In this document: piece after piece, positions 49,444 through 61,827 of the stretch
Numbering within the stretch: the stretch's first letter is position 1
Layout of the letters: every line of letters begins with the position of its first letter
NCBI GenBank assembly: GCA_024137785.1
Contig: JAHRHZ010000031.1
Coordinates: forward strand, 8,059,582-8,123,581
Direction of reading: 5' to 3'
DNA length: 64,000 nucleotides
DNA from: Ginglymostoma cirratum
Taxonomy: Eukaryota
Program-made: the position numbers and the translations under genes
Notes under the pieces: model-generated
Seen by the model: only the letters and a program-made list of their open reading frames with translations
Database searches by the model: none
What the model was told of the DNA's origin: nothing

Positions 49444-51099
49444 CAACTAGGGACAGGCAATAAATGCTGGTCAGCTAGTGATACCCATACCACATGGGTC
49501 AACAAATAAACATATGGGGAGATAGGGGTCGAGCGCAGGATATTGAGCTCAATGTCAGCCATGATAGTCTTGAATAGCAAGCAGGCTCGGGAGTCCCCAA
49601 CTTCTATGTTTCCACGTGACACAAGAGGACCACTGTTACCATGTGACCTCTGCATAGTTCCAAGCCAACGTCCACTTAATGGATTGGTGCTTCAAAGCCA
49701 GCGCCCTTCCCATCTATGACTCTTCGCTTTCAATCTAGTTAACGAGCTTTTTACATGTGCCGAATGAACAGTCAATGAAGCACCATTATCCCTTGAATGA
49801 GGTCGCACTGCAACTCTTCTTTGTCTCTAAAGTGGAGACCCAAGTTTGAAATCCACAATCCTGCTCCACCTGAAGCCAACTTGGAAGTCTTTTCCAAAGC
49901 TTCTTTTACCACAAAGGAAGTAAAACAGTTTTTACGCTGAAAGTTAGGGCATAACCTGCATGACAGTGACATTGCAGAAATCCCCATGATGCAATCCTAG
50001 CAAAGCTGAGCTCCTGACTCCACCTGCTACGCTCCACGCAGAGAATGAAATATGGTTAGCTCTTTTGAAAGACAGTCTCAAAGATATTGTGTTTCTTGTC
50101 AAGGTTCAGTTAAGGGAATTGCTCCACAGCTACATTGGATTGATATGACCTCCTACTCAGAGGTCTTTTCCTCCATCCTTTCATTTTCCTACAGCAGGTC
50201 TGTCTCTGCTCATCTTCTGTTCATTCTGCTAGTAATGTAGTAGTCTACAGGGAATATTGACTACCATACCTACATCAGCAAGCAATTGCTTTTGTTACCC
50301 AGAAACCATGCAGTCAATATAAACCCTTCAGCACCTGCCACATCCCACTCCCTGTAGACTTTATCAACTTAAAATTGTAGAAAGCATCAAACACTGGGAT
50401 TATTGCAAGTGTCAGAAGAAATCAATCAATAATTGACCAGGAGCAATTGAACATCCTTTCAAATAATGTTAAATGAAGACTTTCCCTGCTGCACATTGTC
50501 ATCTGTACAGAATTAACTGAGGGGGTTAGTTGGAGCTTTTAGTTGGCAGCAATATTGTTATGTCAGTATTAATCACCGTCATGATTTACCTGCTCTATAT
50601 TCTAGCCAACTGATACATGCTAATAACAATATCAAGTTGGTGTCCACCATAATCTGTTTAAGTAATGTGACAATACAAGAGGTCCCATGGTCATCGCCAA
50701 AACACCTGAAGCACTAAACAACAGCTTCAACTAAGCCAAACTTTACCATCTGTATTCAAGAGGGAGACAACACATGAAGAATGGCACAAGACAATGAGAG
50801 AGACAGAAAAAAGGAGTGAGAAATAGATTGGTAGATTTCATCCTCCAAGGAGTCTCATCTAATCTATCATAGAATCTTGCTGCAATCGGCTTTGTGTGCG
50901 CCTTAACTGATTTACCTACCTCCTTTTCCAGATTATAGAAACCAAAACAACTTTCCTTCTGATTAGACATCTCACTTACTCTCAACTTATTCTTGTTGAA
51001 TCATTAAAATTCCACGTTCCTAAAAGCTTAAGTTTACAAATTGTTACATTTAATTCTGTTATAATTTAAACCAATTGGTTTTATTTGACAGCATATCTA

Positions 51100-51540
51100 T
51101 CAACAAGTCCATTTATTTGTTCCACATACAAATGAAAATCAACGTTCTTTAAAATTTATTTTCTAAGCAGGTGCTTTCCATTTATAACCCAACTTTTATC
51201 TAATTTACCTTCTTCAATATCTTTTGTTGTAATCTCTCTCATATCTGCAATCAGGACAATACCAGCAGCATACCTTAGATTGTTTACCAACTTTCCATTA
51301 ATACCAAACACAATGTCCGAGTCAAACAGACAAGTCTCTTATAATGAATTCAGATTGGGTGATATAACACATCCTTGTCTCACTTTTCTTCTGACCTTTG
51401 TCTATTTTGTTAACTCATTACCAGCTATTATTGCTGCCTCACATTTCCCATTTGAAGAGATTGCCAATATCAGCAGATTTCCATCAATGTTGCTCTTCTG
51501 GTAGGTTTTGACTTGTCTTTATTCACTCATCACTGAAGAT
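51100..51540 (-). mobile_element. RTE-clade LINE RT core, decayed
   Basis: Minus strand reads KVRRKVRQGCVISPNL and GINGKLVNNLRYAAGIVLIAD, matching RTE GVRQGC.LSP and NNLRYADD.VLIA. Confidence 0.78.
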
Positions 51541-51957
51541 CAAAGCCAGAATTTTCTTTTTGTGTCAGCTGCCTAAAATGCATCTTGTCCAACAAAGTGG
51601 AAAGCAAACAAATTCAGAAGTTTAATCTGATAATGGTATAAAGTAATCCATCATGCAAATTTTAGCTAGCATACGGCATTTCCAGTTTGCAGGACTCAAA
51701 ATGACAGAAGAGACTTCTTAAGGAGACTTTTGACAAGATCTGAAGAACATCTGTACACATTGGGAAAATGTTCCAGACCAGGGAGCAACTAAAAATAAAA
51801 CAGCGGCATTTAACATTGAGTTATACTTGAATAGTTGAACGAACTTGTTGGGCTGATAAAGTTTCTCCTCGAATTTTCATGTGAGATACATACAGTGAGA
51901 TAAGAAATTAGATCTATTCTCTTCCATTCACTCATCAAACAGCAGCTAATTTTACAG

Positions 51958-52310
51958 AAAACAAAAAGTGCTAGAAATCAGAGCAGGTTATGCAGCATCC
52001 ATGGAGAGACAGCAAGCAAACACTTCAAATCCATGTCAGCTCTGATGAAGAGTGATCTAAAGTACGGAGGGGGCAACATTCATGCAATGGTACAGGGAGG
52101 GGGGTGGAGTCCTAGGGGAGAAAGGATGTCGATAGTTCAGATCAAGTGATTGGAATGTGAGAATGCCAGAACAATGGTATGTCCACTGTGTGTCTAACCC
52201 ACTCCCATTCCTTCTCTTTCTTTTAGCTTTACTTGTTACATTCTCTGACACCATGCCCTCTCTCCCATCTCTCCCACCTCCATTATCATTCTGGAATATT
52301 ACAAGCACAC
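51958..52310. mobile_element. Decayed Penelope 3' end with inverted segments
   Basis: aaaacaaaaagtgctagaaat..cagcatccatggagag, partial core gctCTGATGAagagt (52039-52054), then purine-rich and pyrimidine-rich UTR-like halves. Confidence 0.5.
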
Positions 52311-52559
52311 CTCAGACTGGACTTGCAATGAAGATTAATGAATTGTAGATATTCTATTAACAACCAGTATTTAAATGCAAGTCCCCAAAGACCAATGGTA
52401 TTATTTAAACTACAGTGAAATACAAGATTTGAGTGTGGTCACTATAAAACCAAGACCAGCTATGACCTTGTCAAATCTTATTAGTTACTGCAGCAACTGT
52501 AAAATACTAAACACAAAAATGGTGCCTGATGTGGGAAGGCTAAAATCAGTTAACTATTC

Positions 52560-52800
52560 TCCATGGGATTTTTCCAATATTCTTTAAAAGGTGTATGAGA
52601 CCAGGATTTGTTCCTTATTCTAACTCCTCTTTCAGAATGCAAGAAAGAATTAACCACATACATGTGGGTCTGGAGACACGCACAGGACAAATGGAGTGAG
52701 GTTGGCAAGTTTTCTTCTCTAAATGGCAGTAGCCAAATTATTCTTCCAACAAATGACAATTGTAGAAAAATAAAATAAAACTACCTCAAATTCCCAAAAA
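52560..52800 (-). mobile_element. tRNA-derived SINE (same family as 3405), old
   Basis: aaccacatacatgtgggtctggagacacg..ggcaagttttcttctctaaa. Confidence 0.5.
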
Positions 52801-52869
52801 ATAAGGCAATAGGAATGAGCATGGTAGAGGGCATAAAGTCTTGATTTGAATTTCTTTGTGGAATGAATT

Positions 52870-53720
52870 GCACATTTAAGACAGAGATGAGGAGGAATTC
52901 CTTCTGAGGGCAGTGAACCTGTAGAATTCATTACTGCAGAGAGGTATTGTGGCTGGGCTATTCATACGCTTTGACAATACTAAGACTTTAAGAGGTGTAT
53001 TTTGTCCAGTTTTTTGTCTCAACCTTTCTCCATTTACAAAAGAGGTACAAGCAGTCTGCTTAAAGCCAATAAAGTAAAAAGAATGAGGCGCCTGGGGTTA
53101 TTTTTTTGAAATTGGAACAATAGAAGCACCCTGAATGGGGGAGGTCAGGCTCCTACAGAATCCAGATTTTTAGTGTTAGCATCCAGCAGTTGCTGGGGTC
53201 TTAAAGCTGGATGTGGGAGCTCTTATTCCTCTCTGTAATACAGCTAAAGGCTGGGGTTCTCTTTCTGCTGCTCGAATTGCATGCGAGACAATCTGTTATG
53301 CTGAATTTGCCTTTGCCAAGGGCGTTTATGGGATGTTACTATATTGAAACAGTTAATATATCTATTATTTTGTTAAGCATTTTGATAAAGTTACAGTTAA
53401 GTGAATTCCTTTGTTTTTATTTTGTCTGTATTTTAACTAGTAGAAGAATAAAGCATATTCTGGTTAATGTTGAGTAGTTTGGAACAATACCTCACATTTA
53501 CCTTGCAAATGAAAAAAAAAGTTAGGATCTAGATAATCTTTTTAATATATTTTGAAGGGGTTTGGTCTGGTCCATAATAATATTCAAGGCTGAGCTAGAC
53601 TGAATTTTAAGTGATAAGGAAATCAACGGCTATGAGAAAAAGGCAGGGAAATGAAGTTGAGGATTGCATTGAAAGGCTGGGGTGAATGGTCTATTTCTGC
53701 TCCTATGACATATCGTCTTA
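52870..53720 (+). mobile_element. CR1 LINE 3' fragment split by an LTR
   Basis: taagacagagatgaggaggaatt..ggctgggctattc | tattcaaggctgagctagac..gaatggtctatttctgctcctatg. Confidence 0.75.
52970..53579 (+). mobile_element. Probable solo LTR nested in CR1
   Basis: About 610 bp foreign block; termini tttgaca.../...gtccataata resemble decayed TGTGACA/CATAACA; aataaa near 53446. Confidence 0.55.
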
Positions 53721-53749
53721 GGAGTATTGCTAGCAAAAACCACAAGTTA

Positions 53750-55075
53750 TTTTCTATCCTAAATTATCCTCCAGAGGGATGTGATCAGTTGCCTTTTGAA
53801 CCACTGCAGTCTTTGGACGTAACGACACCCACAATGCTGTTTAAAAGGGCAGTCCAGGATTTTGACTAATTGACGGCGAAGGAATAGCAAATGTAATTCC
53901 CAGGCAAAATGGTGTACGACTTGGAAGGGAGCTGGCTGCTGTATATTACCACCATATGGCTGCAAACTTGGTCCTCATAGTTTATACAGATGAGCTTTTG
54001 TGCTGCTGAACATTCTTTACTGAACTGTTGGAGTGTATTTGGCATATGGCACAATCAGCTGCCACCAGTGATAAAGGAATGTAAATATCTAAGGATGGAT
54101 AGAATGTTGATCAAAGAACTGTGTGGACTGTGTCAAGTTTCATGAGTGCCATTGGAGCTGCCCTCATCCAGGCCAATATTCTCTCATACTCTTGACTCGT
54201 GCACTGTAGATGGCTGTCAGGCTGGCAAGTTAGGTAGTGAGATACTAGCCACAGAACAATACTGATATGGTTGATGTAGTTAATTTTCTGGTCCTTGCTG
54301 GTACTTCTTTTTTTTGGTGTGAAATTCAGTGAAGGTAACGCTATTGAACATTAAGGACAAATGGATTATTTTTCATTAAAGACGATCATTGCCTGACACA
54401 CGAATATTACTTACACCTCATCAACCCAAACCTGAATAGGGCTTGCTGTATGTGGGCACAGACTGCTTCAGCAACGGAGGAGTTGAGTATGTTGTTGAAC
54501 ATTGTGCAAATCATTTGAAACATACCTCTCAGCCATGACATTGGAGGTTCAATGATGGAATGCCAGAAAGTGCTTGGGCCCAGGTCTTCTGCAGTGATGC
54601 CACAGGACAGAGGTGATCGGCCTCCAAAACTCACAACCATCTTCTTTTTTCTCAGGTATGACTCTAACCAGTGAAGACCTTTCCCCCAATTCCCCTGAAG
54701 TTAAAATTTTGCTCATTATGTTTAATTCTACACTGGTCAAATACTGCCCTGATATCAAGGGTCAGTTACTCTCACTCACCTCTGCAAATCTATTTTTTTG
54801 CCCCTATTGCAACAAAGGTTGAAACAAGTTCTGGAACTGAATGGCCCTGGTGGAACTAAAAATTAGTATTGATTGGCAGGCTACAGCTATCAAAGTGCTG
54901 TTTTGATAACAGTATTGACAACACCTTGGCAATAATTGGCCAAATTGGATTTGTCTTGCTTTTGTGGACTTGACTTATCTGGGCAATTGCCACATTGTCA
55001 AATCGATATCAGCCTTGCAGCTGTACAGAAACAGCTTGGCTAGAAGTACAGTTAGTTTTCGAGCACAATGTTTCA
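53750..55075 (-). mobile_element. L2/CR1-group LINE RT fragment (family of 47235)
   Basis: ORF 54407 VVSFGGRS..ITAEDLGPSTF..II and ccctgatatcaagggtcag (reverse of LTLDIRA); reverse 3' motifs gaaccactgcagtc and gggcagctccaatggcactc. Confidence 0.72.
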
Positions 55076-55704
55076 AGTATTATGCGAGAGTCAAGTACAA
55101 CTACGAGAGAGAATGATTAGGATGTGATATGAAAATAGGGCATCTCTTCAATCATGGTCCTGATGACTAGTCATGGTGACAAACAAGATTATCATCGATC
55201 ATTCAGTACCATCTCCTGCTGCAGGAAGAAAGCTAGGTTGTAGATGTACAGGCATGCAAAACTCAGCAGGCACATGCAGGTATGGAATATGATATATATG
55301 TATTGGTAAAACAGGCAGATTATGAAGTAGATGCATTGGAATATTAACCAGTCTGGCAGTGAAAAGCCATGTCTATTACATGCTGCTCATGTAATCAACA
55401 GTGACAGTGATTAATGAGGTGTGATGGCATAACGTACATTACTCATTGGCTTTCTTTTTCTCTTGTGTTTGCTGTAAGTGTCTGGAGAAATTTATTTATG
55501 GTCAGTAAAATGGAACAAATTCTTCATGTAATACAATGAATAAAACTCAGCAGCATCATCTAACTGCTGACAGAATTTGAGAAGAACTTGTACTCAGAAG
55601 GACCTTTACCAGTGGCACAAATGTCACAAATTTGAAGTCGCATCCCAAATGACATAAAACCATTCAGTTGCTGCAAGACAAATAATATCCATGAATAAAT
55701 ATCA

Positions 55705-57375
55705 CAGAAGTGTTATAATGCAGAAGGAGGCCATTCAGCCCATCGTGTCTGCACAAACTTGTTAAATGAGCAACATTACTAGTGCCAAACTGCTGCCTTT
55801 CCCCATATGACTGGACATTGTTTATATCCATTTAACAAGCCACTGCCCACCTGAATGCCTCAATTGAAGCGGTCTAAACCACAATTCCAGGCAGTGCATT
55901 CTATCCCGTAACTACCAGCTCAGTGAAAAAGGTTTTCCTCATTTCATCTTTGCTTCGTTTGCACATCTCTTTAAATCTACGTCCTCTTCTTCTTGTTTCA
56001 TTTATGAGCAAGAACATCTTTTCCCGATCAACTGTCCACCCCACTCAATTTTGAAAACCTTATCAAATTTTCTCTTAGTCACCTTCCCTCCAAGGAGGAA
56101 ACAGTTCTAACTTCTTCAAAAGGTAACACAGTGTGGAGCTGGAGGAGCACAGCAGGCCAGGCAGCATCAGAGGAACAGGAAAGTTGACGTTTCGGGTCGG
56201 GACCCTTATTCCAGCATCTGGAGTTCTTGCTATCTTTCTAACTTTTTCAAATCTGTCCTTGTACCTGAAGTTCCTCAATCCTGGAACCATCCTTCTAAAT
56301 CACTTCTGCACTCTCTCCAAACCAGTCACTTCTTTCCTATAAGGCAACACCCAGAATGGGACACAACACTTCAGCTCAGGTCTAACAAGCATCTTATACA
56401 ATTCAACATCACCTCCTTGCTCTTGTATTCTTTACCCCAATTAAAGCCAAAAATATTGTGTAGTTTATTCCCTGCTGTCTCTACTTTCCAAATGATCTGT
56501 GCACATAGACACCCAGGTCCCCCTGCTCCTACACATCCATTAAAATTTTACACCCTACTTTGTATCGTCTTTCAATGTTGTTCCATCTGCCAAAATGCAT
56601 CACCCCACAATCCTGCCCGTTCAACCAGCCCGCCTATGAACAACAAAGTCCATGCAGAAGCTAATGTATTGCACTCTGACCGGAGTACATGGAGCCTACC
56701 AACAATAGCACAGAGGAAACATTGTTTTTGAGGTATCACTATCCCCCCCACAGTTCACTATACTTCTGAAAAAGTTGAAACTGAGGCCTGTACGTCCAAG
56801 ACTGAATAGCAAAATCCAACTGGCACCTATCTGCTTACTCCACAACTTGTTCAAGTCCTTCTGGAATTATATACTGTCCTCCTCACAGGTGACATTTCTT
56901 CCGCATTTCATGTTATCTGTGAACTTTAAAACTGTCCCCTGCAAACCAAGATCTAGATCTTTAATGCATGTCAGGAAAAGCAATGGTCTCGAAACCAATG
57001 CCTAGAGACCTCCACCACAAACCGTTTTCTTGCCCAAAAATTATCCACTGACCGTTATTCTCGGCTTCCTGTCACTCAATTAGTTTTGTACTCATTTCGC
57101 TCCTGGCCCTTTTATTCCACGAAGTACAACTTTTCTCAAGTTGGTTGTATGGCCTTCTCAAAGTCTATGTACACCACATCAACAACATTACCCCCACTGA
57201 GCCGGTTACCTCTTCAAAAAAGTCTCCAGCAAGTTGGTTAAACTTGATTTCCCCTTTAGAAAACAATGCTAACTCTTCCAAATCAACTTACTTTGTAACT
57301 ATTACGTCTATCCTGAATAATGGTCTACCCCACCACTGACATTAAACTGACTGCTGGTATTATCCTTACCACCTT
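55705..57375 (-). mobile_element. CR1 LINE 3'/RT fragments with insertions
   Basis: Reverse tail cacagaagtgttataatgcagaaggaggccattcagccc; VPGLRNFRY.DR; aaagtctatgtacaccacatcaac (reverse of VDVVYIDF). Confidence 0.8.
56121..56235. mobile_element. Inverted-junction Penelope-terminal mini-unit in CR1
   Basis: Minus strand has GGGTC-cc-GACCC-GAAACGTC intact, but the CTGANGA box is replaced at the junction; flanks TTCTAACTTCTTCAAA (56105-56120) / TTCTAACTTTTTCAAA (56236-56251). Confidence 0.85.
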
Positions 57376-57959
57376 TCTCCAGTTTCGAATGAAAATAATT
57401 CAGAAGTACCCAAGAACAAACAGGACAAGAGACCACTGACATTCATCTGGCTGGTTCCACTCTGTATTTCATTCAATCTTACATCAGTTACTTGTCCAAC
57501 TCTTTCCTACCTAAAAGAATTGGACAGGAATAATAGCAAATTAGACCCAGAGGAATAAATTACACAATAATAGTGACCTGAAAATACAGCTCTGATATAG
57601 TGCTGCTCAACAGCTGCACATCCCAGAAGAGGGGCCAGGTTTGAGAGAGGCCAGCATCACTCAAAGAAAGCCAGCACTAGTAAAGTCAGCTTTCCCTTCC
57701 GAAAGTGGAGCAGCATTTTGGCTCGAGCAAGCGTTGGGAGAAATCTGACCTGCAAAGAAAAAGAATGATTAATGATGCAATAGGAGATAATGTATTCAGG
57801 TTTTCAGACACAGCACTGAAAACCTTGGTGCAGCAGAGACAGAAGGAAGACTGGCTGCTTTTATATCTGCAGGGGACCCAAAACAGACAGCTATCAGACA
57901 TACATTGAAGCACTGGACTCTTCCTTTTTCTCATCTTCATGTTGTCCCTCAGTGATATC

Positions 57960-58250
57960 AACTGAAAAGTTATGTTTCGACATGCACACTGATGGCTCTC
58001 AGATCTAGCACCATGTTTCTCGACTTCTCCACTGTGTCAGACTGTTTTTCCAACATTCAGAACAGAGGAGAGAAAATGTTCACAATTTTGATGTTGGGAA
58101 AACCAATGCCATTTTCTTCAATCGCCTTGACAAACTCTGCTCAATCACCATCCCTGACACAATCTTCAAAACTTTGGTGCCTCGAGTGACCCAGGGATGA
58201 ACTTCCAACTTCTGTCATCACAAAGACCGATTATTTCCACCTCTATTTAT
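57960..58250 (+). mobile_element. L2 LINE RT C-terminal fragment, old
   Basis: SDCFSNIQ, DVGKTNAIFF, QNFGA..DPGMNF and ITKTDYFHL match L2 SDCL..I..WM, NxGKTEAI and ITKTAYFHL. Confidence 0.65.
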
Positions 58251-61200
58251 CTCTGGGCCATTATTTCAGTGAGCCAATCGTTTACACAATTATTTTCTAG
58301 CTGGAAGCATGACTTTCCTTGTAAGCATCTTGTCAAAGTATAGGTTATTCACCAGATCACAACCCACTTCATCATGGCATAGATCTAATTGCCCAAGAGT
58401 CACCTCCAGTATGTCAGGGTGACACATCGTACCAACCAAAAACTGTCAGCAATATTAATCCATCACAACTTCTGCCAGGATACTGGATAATGACCTGCAA
58501 GTTATGCTAAGCAAGTGCTCACACCAGTTGGACATTAAGGGAGTAGAAATTCTTCAGCTGCAGTACATCTCAAAGCTGCTATTCATTGCACACAAAGTTA
58601 AGTGTGGTGCAGTCACTGGCAATCTACATATGGGAAAGACTGCAATCTTTGTGAGGCTGCCTTCTTTGCGTGCTTCACACTGCTAGGACAGCATGAAGTA
58701 CATTCAATTTTCTTGAAATGCAGAATATCAGTGATTCCCCGTAAGCAACAGCAGACAACAAATTGCAAGATCTTCCAAATATCTCCAGCCTGCAAACAAC
58801 ATAATGCAAAGGAAGTCATGGCCACAGTCACTTTCAGAAACTGGTGAAACTGCCCTCACCCTGATCAGGTTGTAGTGAAGGCTGCAGCAGAAAGCAGGTT
58901 TTAGTGAGATGTCCTTCCAAAACAGAGGCTTAGACATGAGAATCGGTCTGTGAATATCTCGGATAACAGAACTGCTTCCAACAGCTTGTCCTCCTCTACA
59001 AATATGCCAATGGGAGCTAGTGTTTGATGAAGAATCCTGCAAGTCAGGATCAAGTCCTTTAGCATCTGGCACAAGATTCACCGTCAGCAACATTGAGCCA
59101 AACATTTCTGTAAATATAGTGTATGTGGTAGAAATGAACTGTCTTTATATTAGTCTGGTGGGGTCGAGTTGACAGTTGTTTGGGGGAACAAGGGGAATTG
59201 GCTTCCTGGCAAACACATTTTCAGCTGGGCAACGGGAACGGTGGACGTTTGATAAAGGCCTCAGCTTCAAAGTGCCTTTGGTACTCTGCACATCTCTGCT
59301 GCACAGTCCCTTTGTTTAACACCCATTACAAATCCAACATAGGGCACACTAGAAATTTGTGCTCACACCATTGATGGTATTTTGAAACCAATACTGTAGC
59401 ACTGGGGGAAAAGAAAGAACAAAATTATTCCCTCATGAAGATTTACTGTGACGAACATGTCCTTATTTCAACACCAGGTTAAGGGATATTGACTGTATGA
59501 AGCCCCACACAGTATTCGTTTTCTCTACTGGTATCAAACCTGTGTAAGCACATTCATTACAAAGTAAAGAAATGAACTTTTTACAGCAGATGGTCATAGT
59601 TGCACACTTCAGAAATATGGAAGGAAACGGAAAGGAGTAACTCCTGGTAATCAAGCCGCCAAGCTGCGGACTCAGTTATTATAACGTGTCAGCACAGATA
59701 TCTTACATTCAGGTTCAAGATTGCCAACTGCTGTCCAACCTTTCTCATAGCAACATGGGTCTGGAGTTATAATTGAATTTGAAATGTAGGGAAGGAACAA
59801 GGTTGAAAACTGACAAGTTCACTGCACTCTTATTAACAGTTCCCCTCAAAAGCACTTGCCTGAATACCTTGTTAAGCAGACTAGACTGCGTTGGATTTTC
59901 TCAGGCTCCAAGCTCTTTGCAGTCCCAAGCTGAAACTTCTGGCTGTTCTGTTTGGGTGTCTGCTCCTTCCTACTACTGCTGCTCCTTCTTGTGGCTTCTC
60001 TGCCCACACACTTCAGCACCCATCGGAACCTCTAGTGCAACATGCCCCTCACCTCCTTTTTTCTGCCCAACACAAAGGACTCCCAGTTTTGCCTCCTGGA
60101 TGGCACCGCTTACCTCCATTGCCACGTCAGCAGATGCCCAGCTGGCAGAATTCCTCAGCAGAAAGAGAAAGCCGTGCAGAAGGCAGGGCCAGCATTCAGC
60201 TCTATAGCAATCTGACATTAGGAACCAAGGCTAAGTGAGCAGCAGGGGAGTCACTCTATTAATTTGTTTTACCTTGCTCTGAATTAGAGAAGTTAACTTT
60301 AATGGTGTCTATTATGATTAGTAAATACTCCAGTGCAATATCTCGTGCTGTAAGAGCAGATAAAAGTACCAATATTGTTTGTAAAATGTTCCTCCTTCAA
60401 AAACAGAGTGACAACCAAGTTAACAATGGTCATAAAGTTACACAAAATAGTATCTCATCCCTTTTGGTTCAGTGGTGCCATTTGTGAAAATGGACTGCAC
60501 ATATTCAAGCTGCTTCATTTGACTTTGATACCCAAGACTTCTTTGGGTGAAAAAGCTTATGAAAAAGGAAGAAACTGTGATCACTTGACAAGCCCAGGCA
60601 AGCCACGTGGGGGTTATACACAGGAACATACAAACCTGGCTGCCTCGGAATTACCATTTTAATCAAGAAGCAAAGCAGCTCAGTGCAGCATCAAGAAATT
60701 TATTTTTTTCTTATTTTACTCACTTGCATAAAAATTCCACAGACTACAGAGATGGAAGTTTGCAATTGTCCAGTTTGGCATGAAAAATATGACAGAAACA
60801 CCAGAATTTACAAAAGGAATGATAATAGCAACAGACCCCTTTGAGTAAAAACAGTAAATTATAAAGCTTAAGATGATCAATAGCAAGATACTGAAAGCCG
60901 TTCTCCTTCTCAGACTCAAATCGCAGAAACCAGCACTGGTCAAAAAGCAATGTAGAAAACTCAATGTTCACTGAGAACTCAAAAGATCCGCACACGTTTT
61001 CACTGCTAAAGACACAGGACACCAGCTAAGTGGTTCAGTTCAGGTCCTTTCATTCTTGCAATCCAAGGACTCCAAATATCTGTGCCTGCAACTCCTGCTG
61101 ACCTTACTGTTTGTATTCAGTACTGCCCCCCCTCCTTCCTTGTAAACCCAACACCTGTATTTGTGTCCGTATATTGCTGCAATTTATAAATTTTTAAGTG

Positions 61201-61394
61201 CCTGTAGACAATAAAATATCACTACCTTTCACTTCAAAGAAACTTTGGAATTGGCTCTCCCCCATTTTCGATTTGGGTAGCTGAGTTTTATTGAGATTGT
61301 ACTGAAGTGTGATAACTACACTCTAAAATAGGTTCAGAGATAGCGGGAACTGCCGATGCTGGAGAATCTGAGATAACAAGGTGTAGAGCTGGAC

Positions 61395-61794
61395 NNNNNN
61401 NNNNNNNNNNNNNNNNNNNNNNNNNNNNNNNNNNNNNNNNNNNNNNNNNNNNNNNNNNNNNNNNNNNNNNNNNNNNNNNNNNNNNNNNNNNNNNNNNNNN
61501 NNNNNNNNNNNNNNNNNNNNNNNNNNNNNNNNNNNNNNNNNNNNNNNNNNNNNNNNNNNNNNNNNNNNNNNNNNNNNNNNNNNNNNNNNNNNNNNNNNNN
61601 NNNNNNNNNNNNNNNNNNNNNNNNNNNNNNNNNNNNNNNNNNNNNNNNNNNNNNNNNNNNNNNNNNNNNNNNNNNNNNNNNNNNNNNNNNNNNNNNNNNN
61701 NNNNNNNNNNNNNNNNNNNNNNNNNNNNNNNNNNNNNNNNNNNNNNNNNNNNNNNNNNNNNNNNNNNNNNNNNNNNNNNNNNNNNNNNNNNNNN
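61395..61794. other. Assembly gap (400 N)
   Basis: Direct reading. Confidence 1.
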
Positions 61795-61799
61795 CATTT

Positions 61800-61827
61800 C
61801 TGAAGAAGGGTCCAGACCCGAATCGTC
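61800..61827 (+). ncRNA. Minimal hammerhead ribozyme core, one mismatch from consensus
   Basis: CTGAAGA-A-GGGTC-ca-GACCC-GAAT-CGTC (GAAA changed to GAAT); stem I is weak. Confidence 0.6.
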
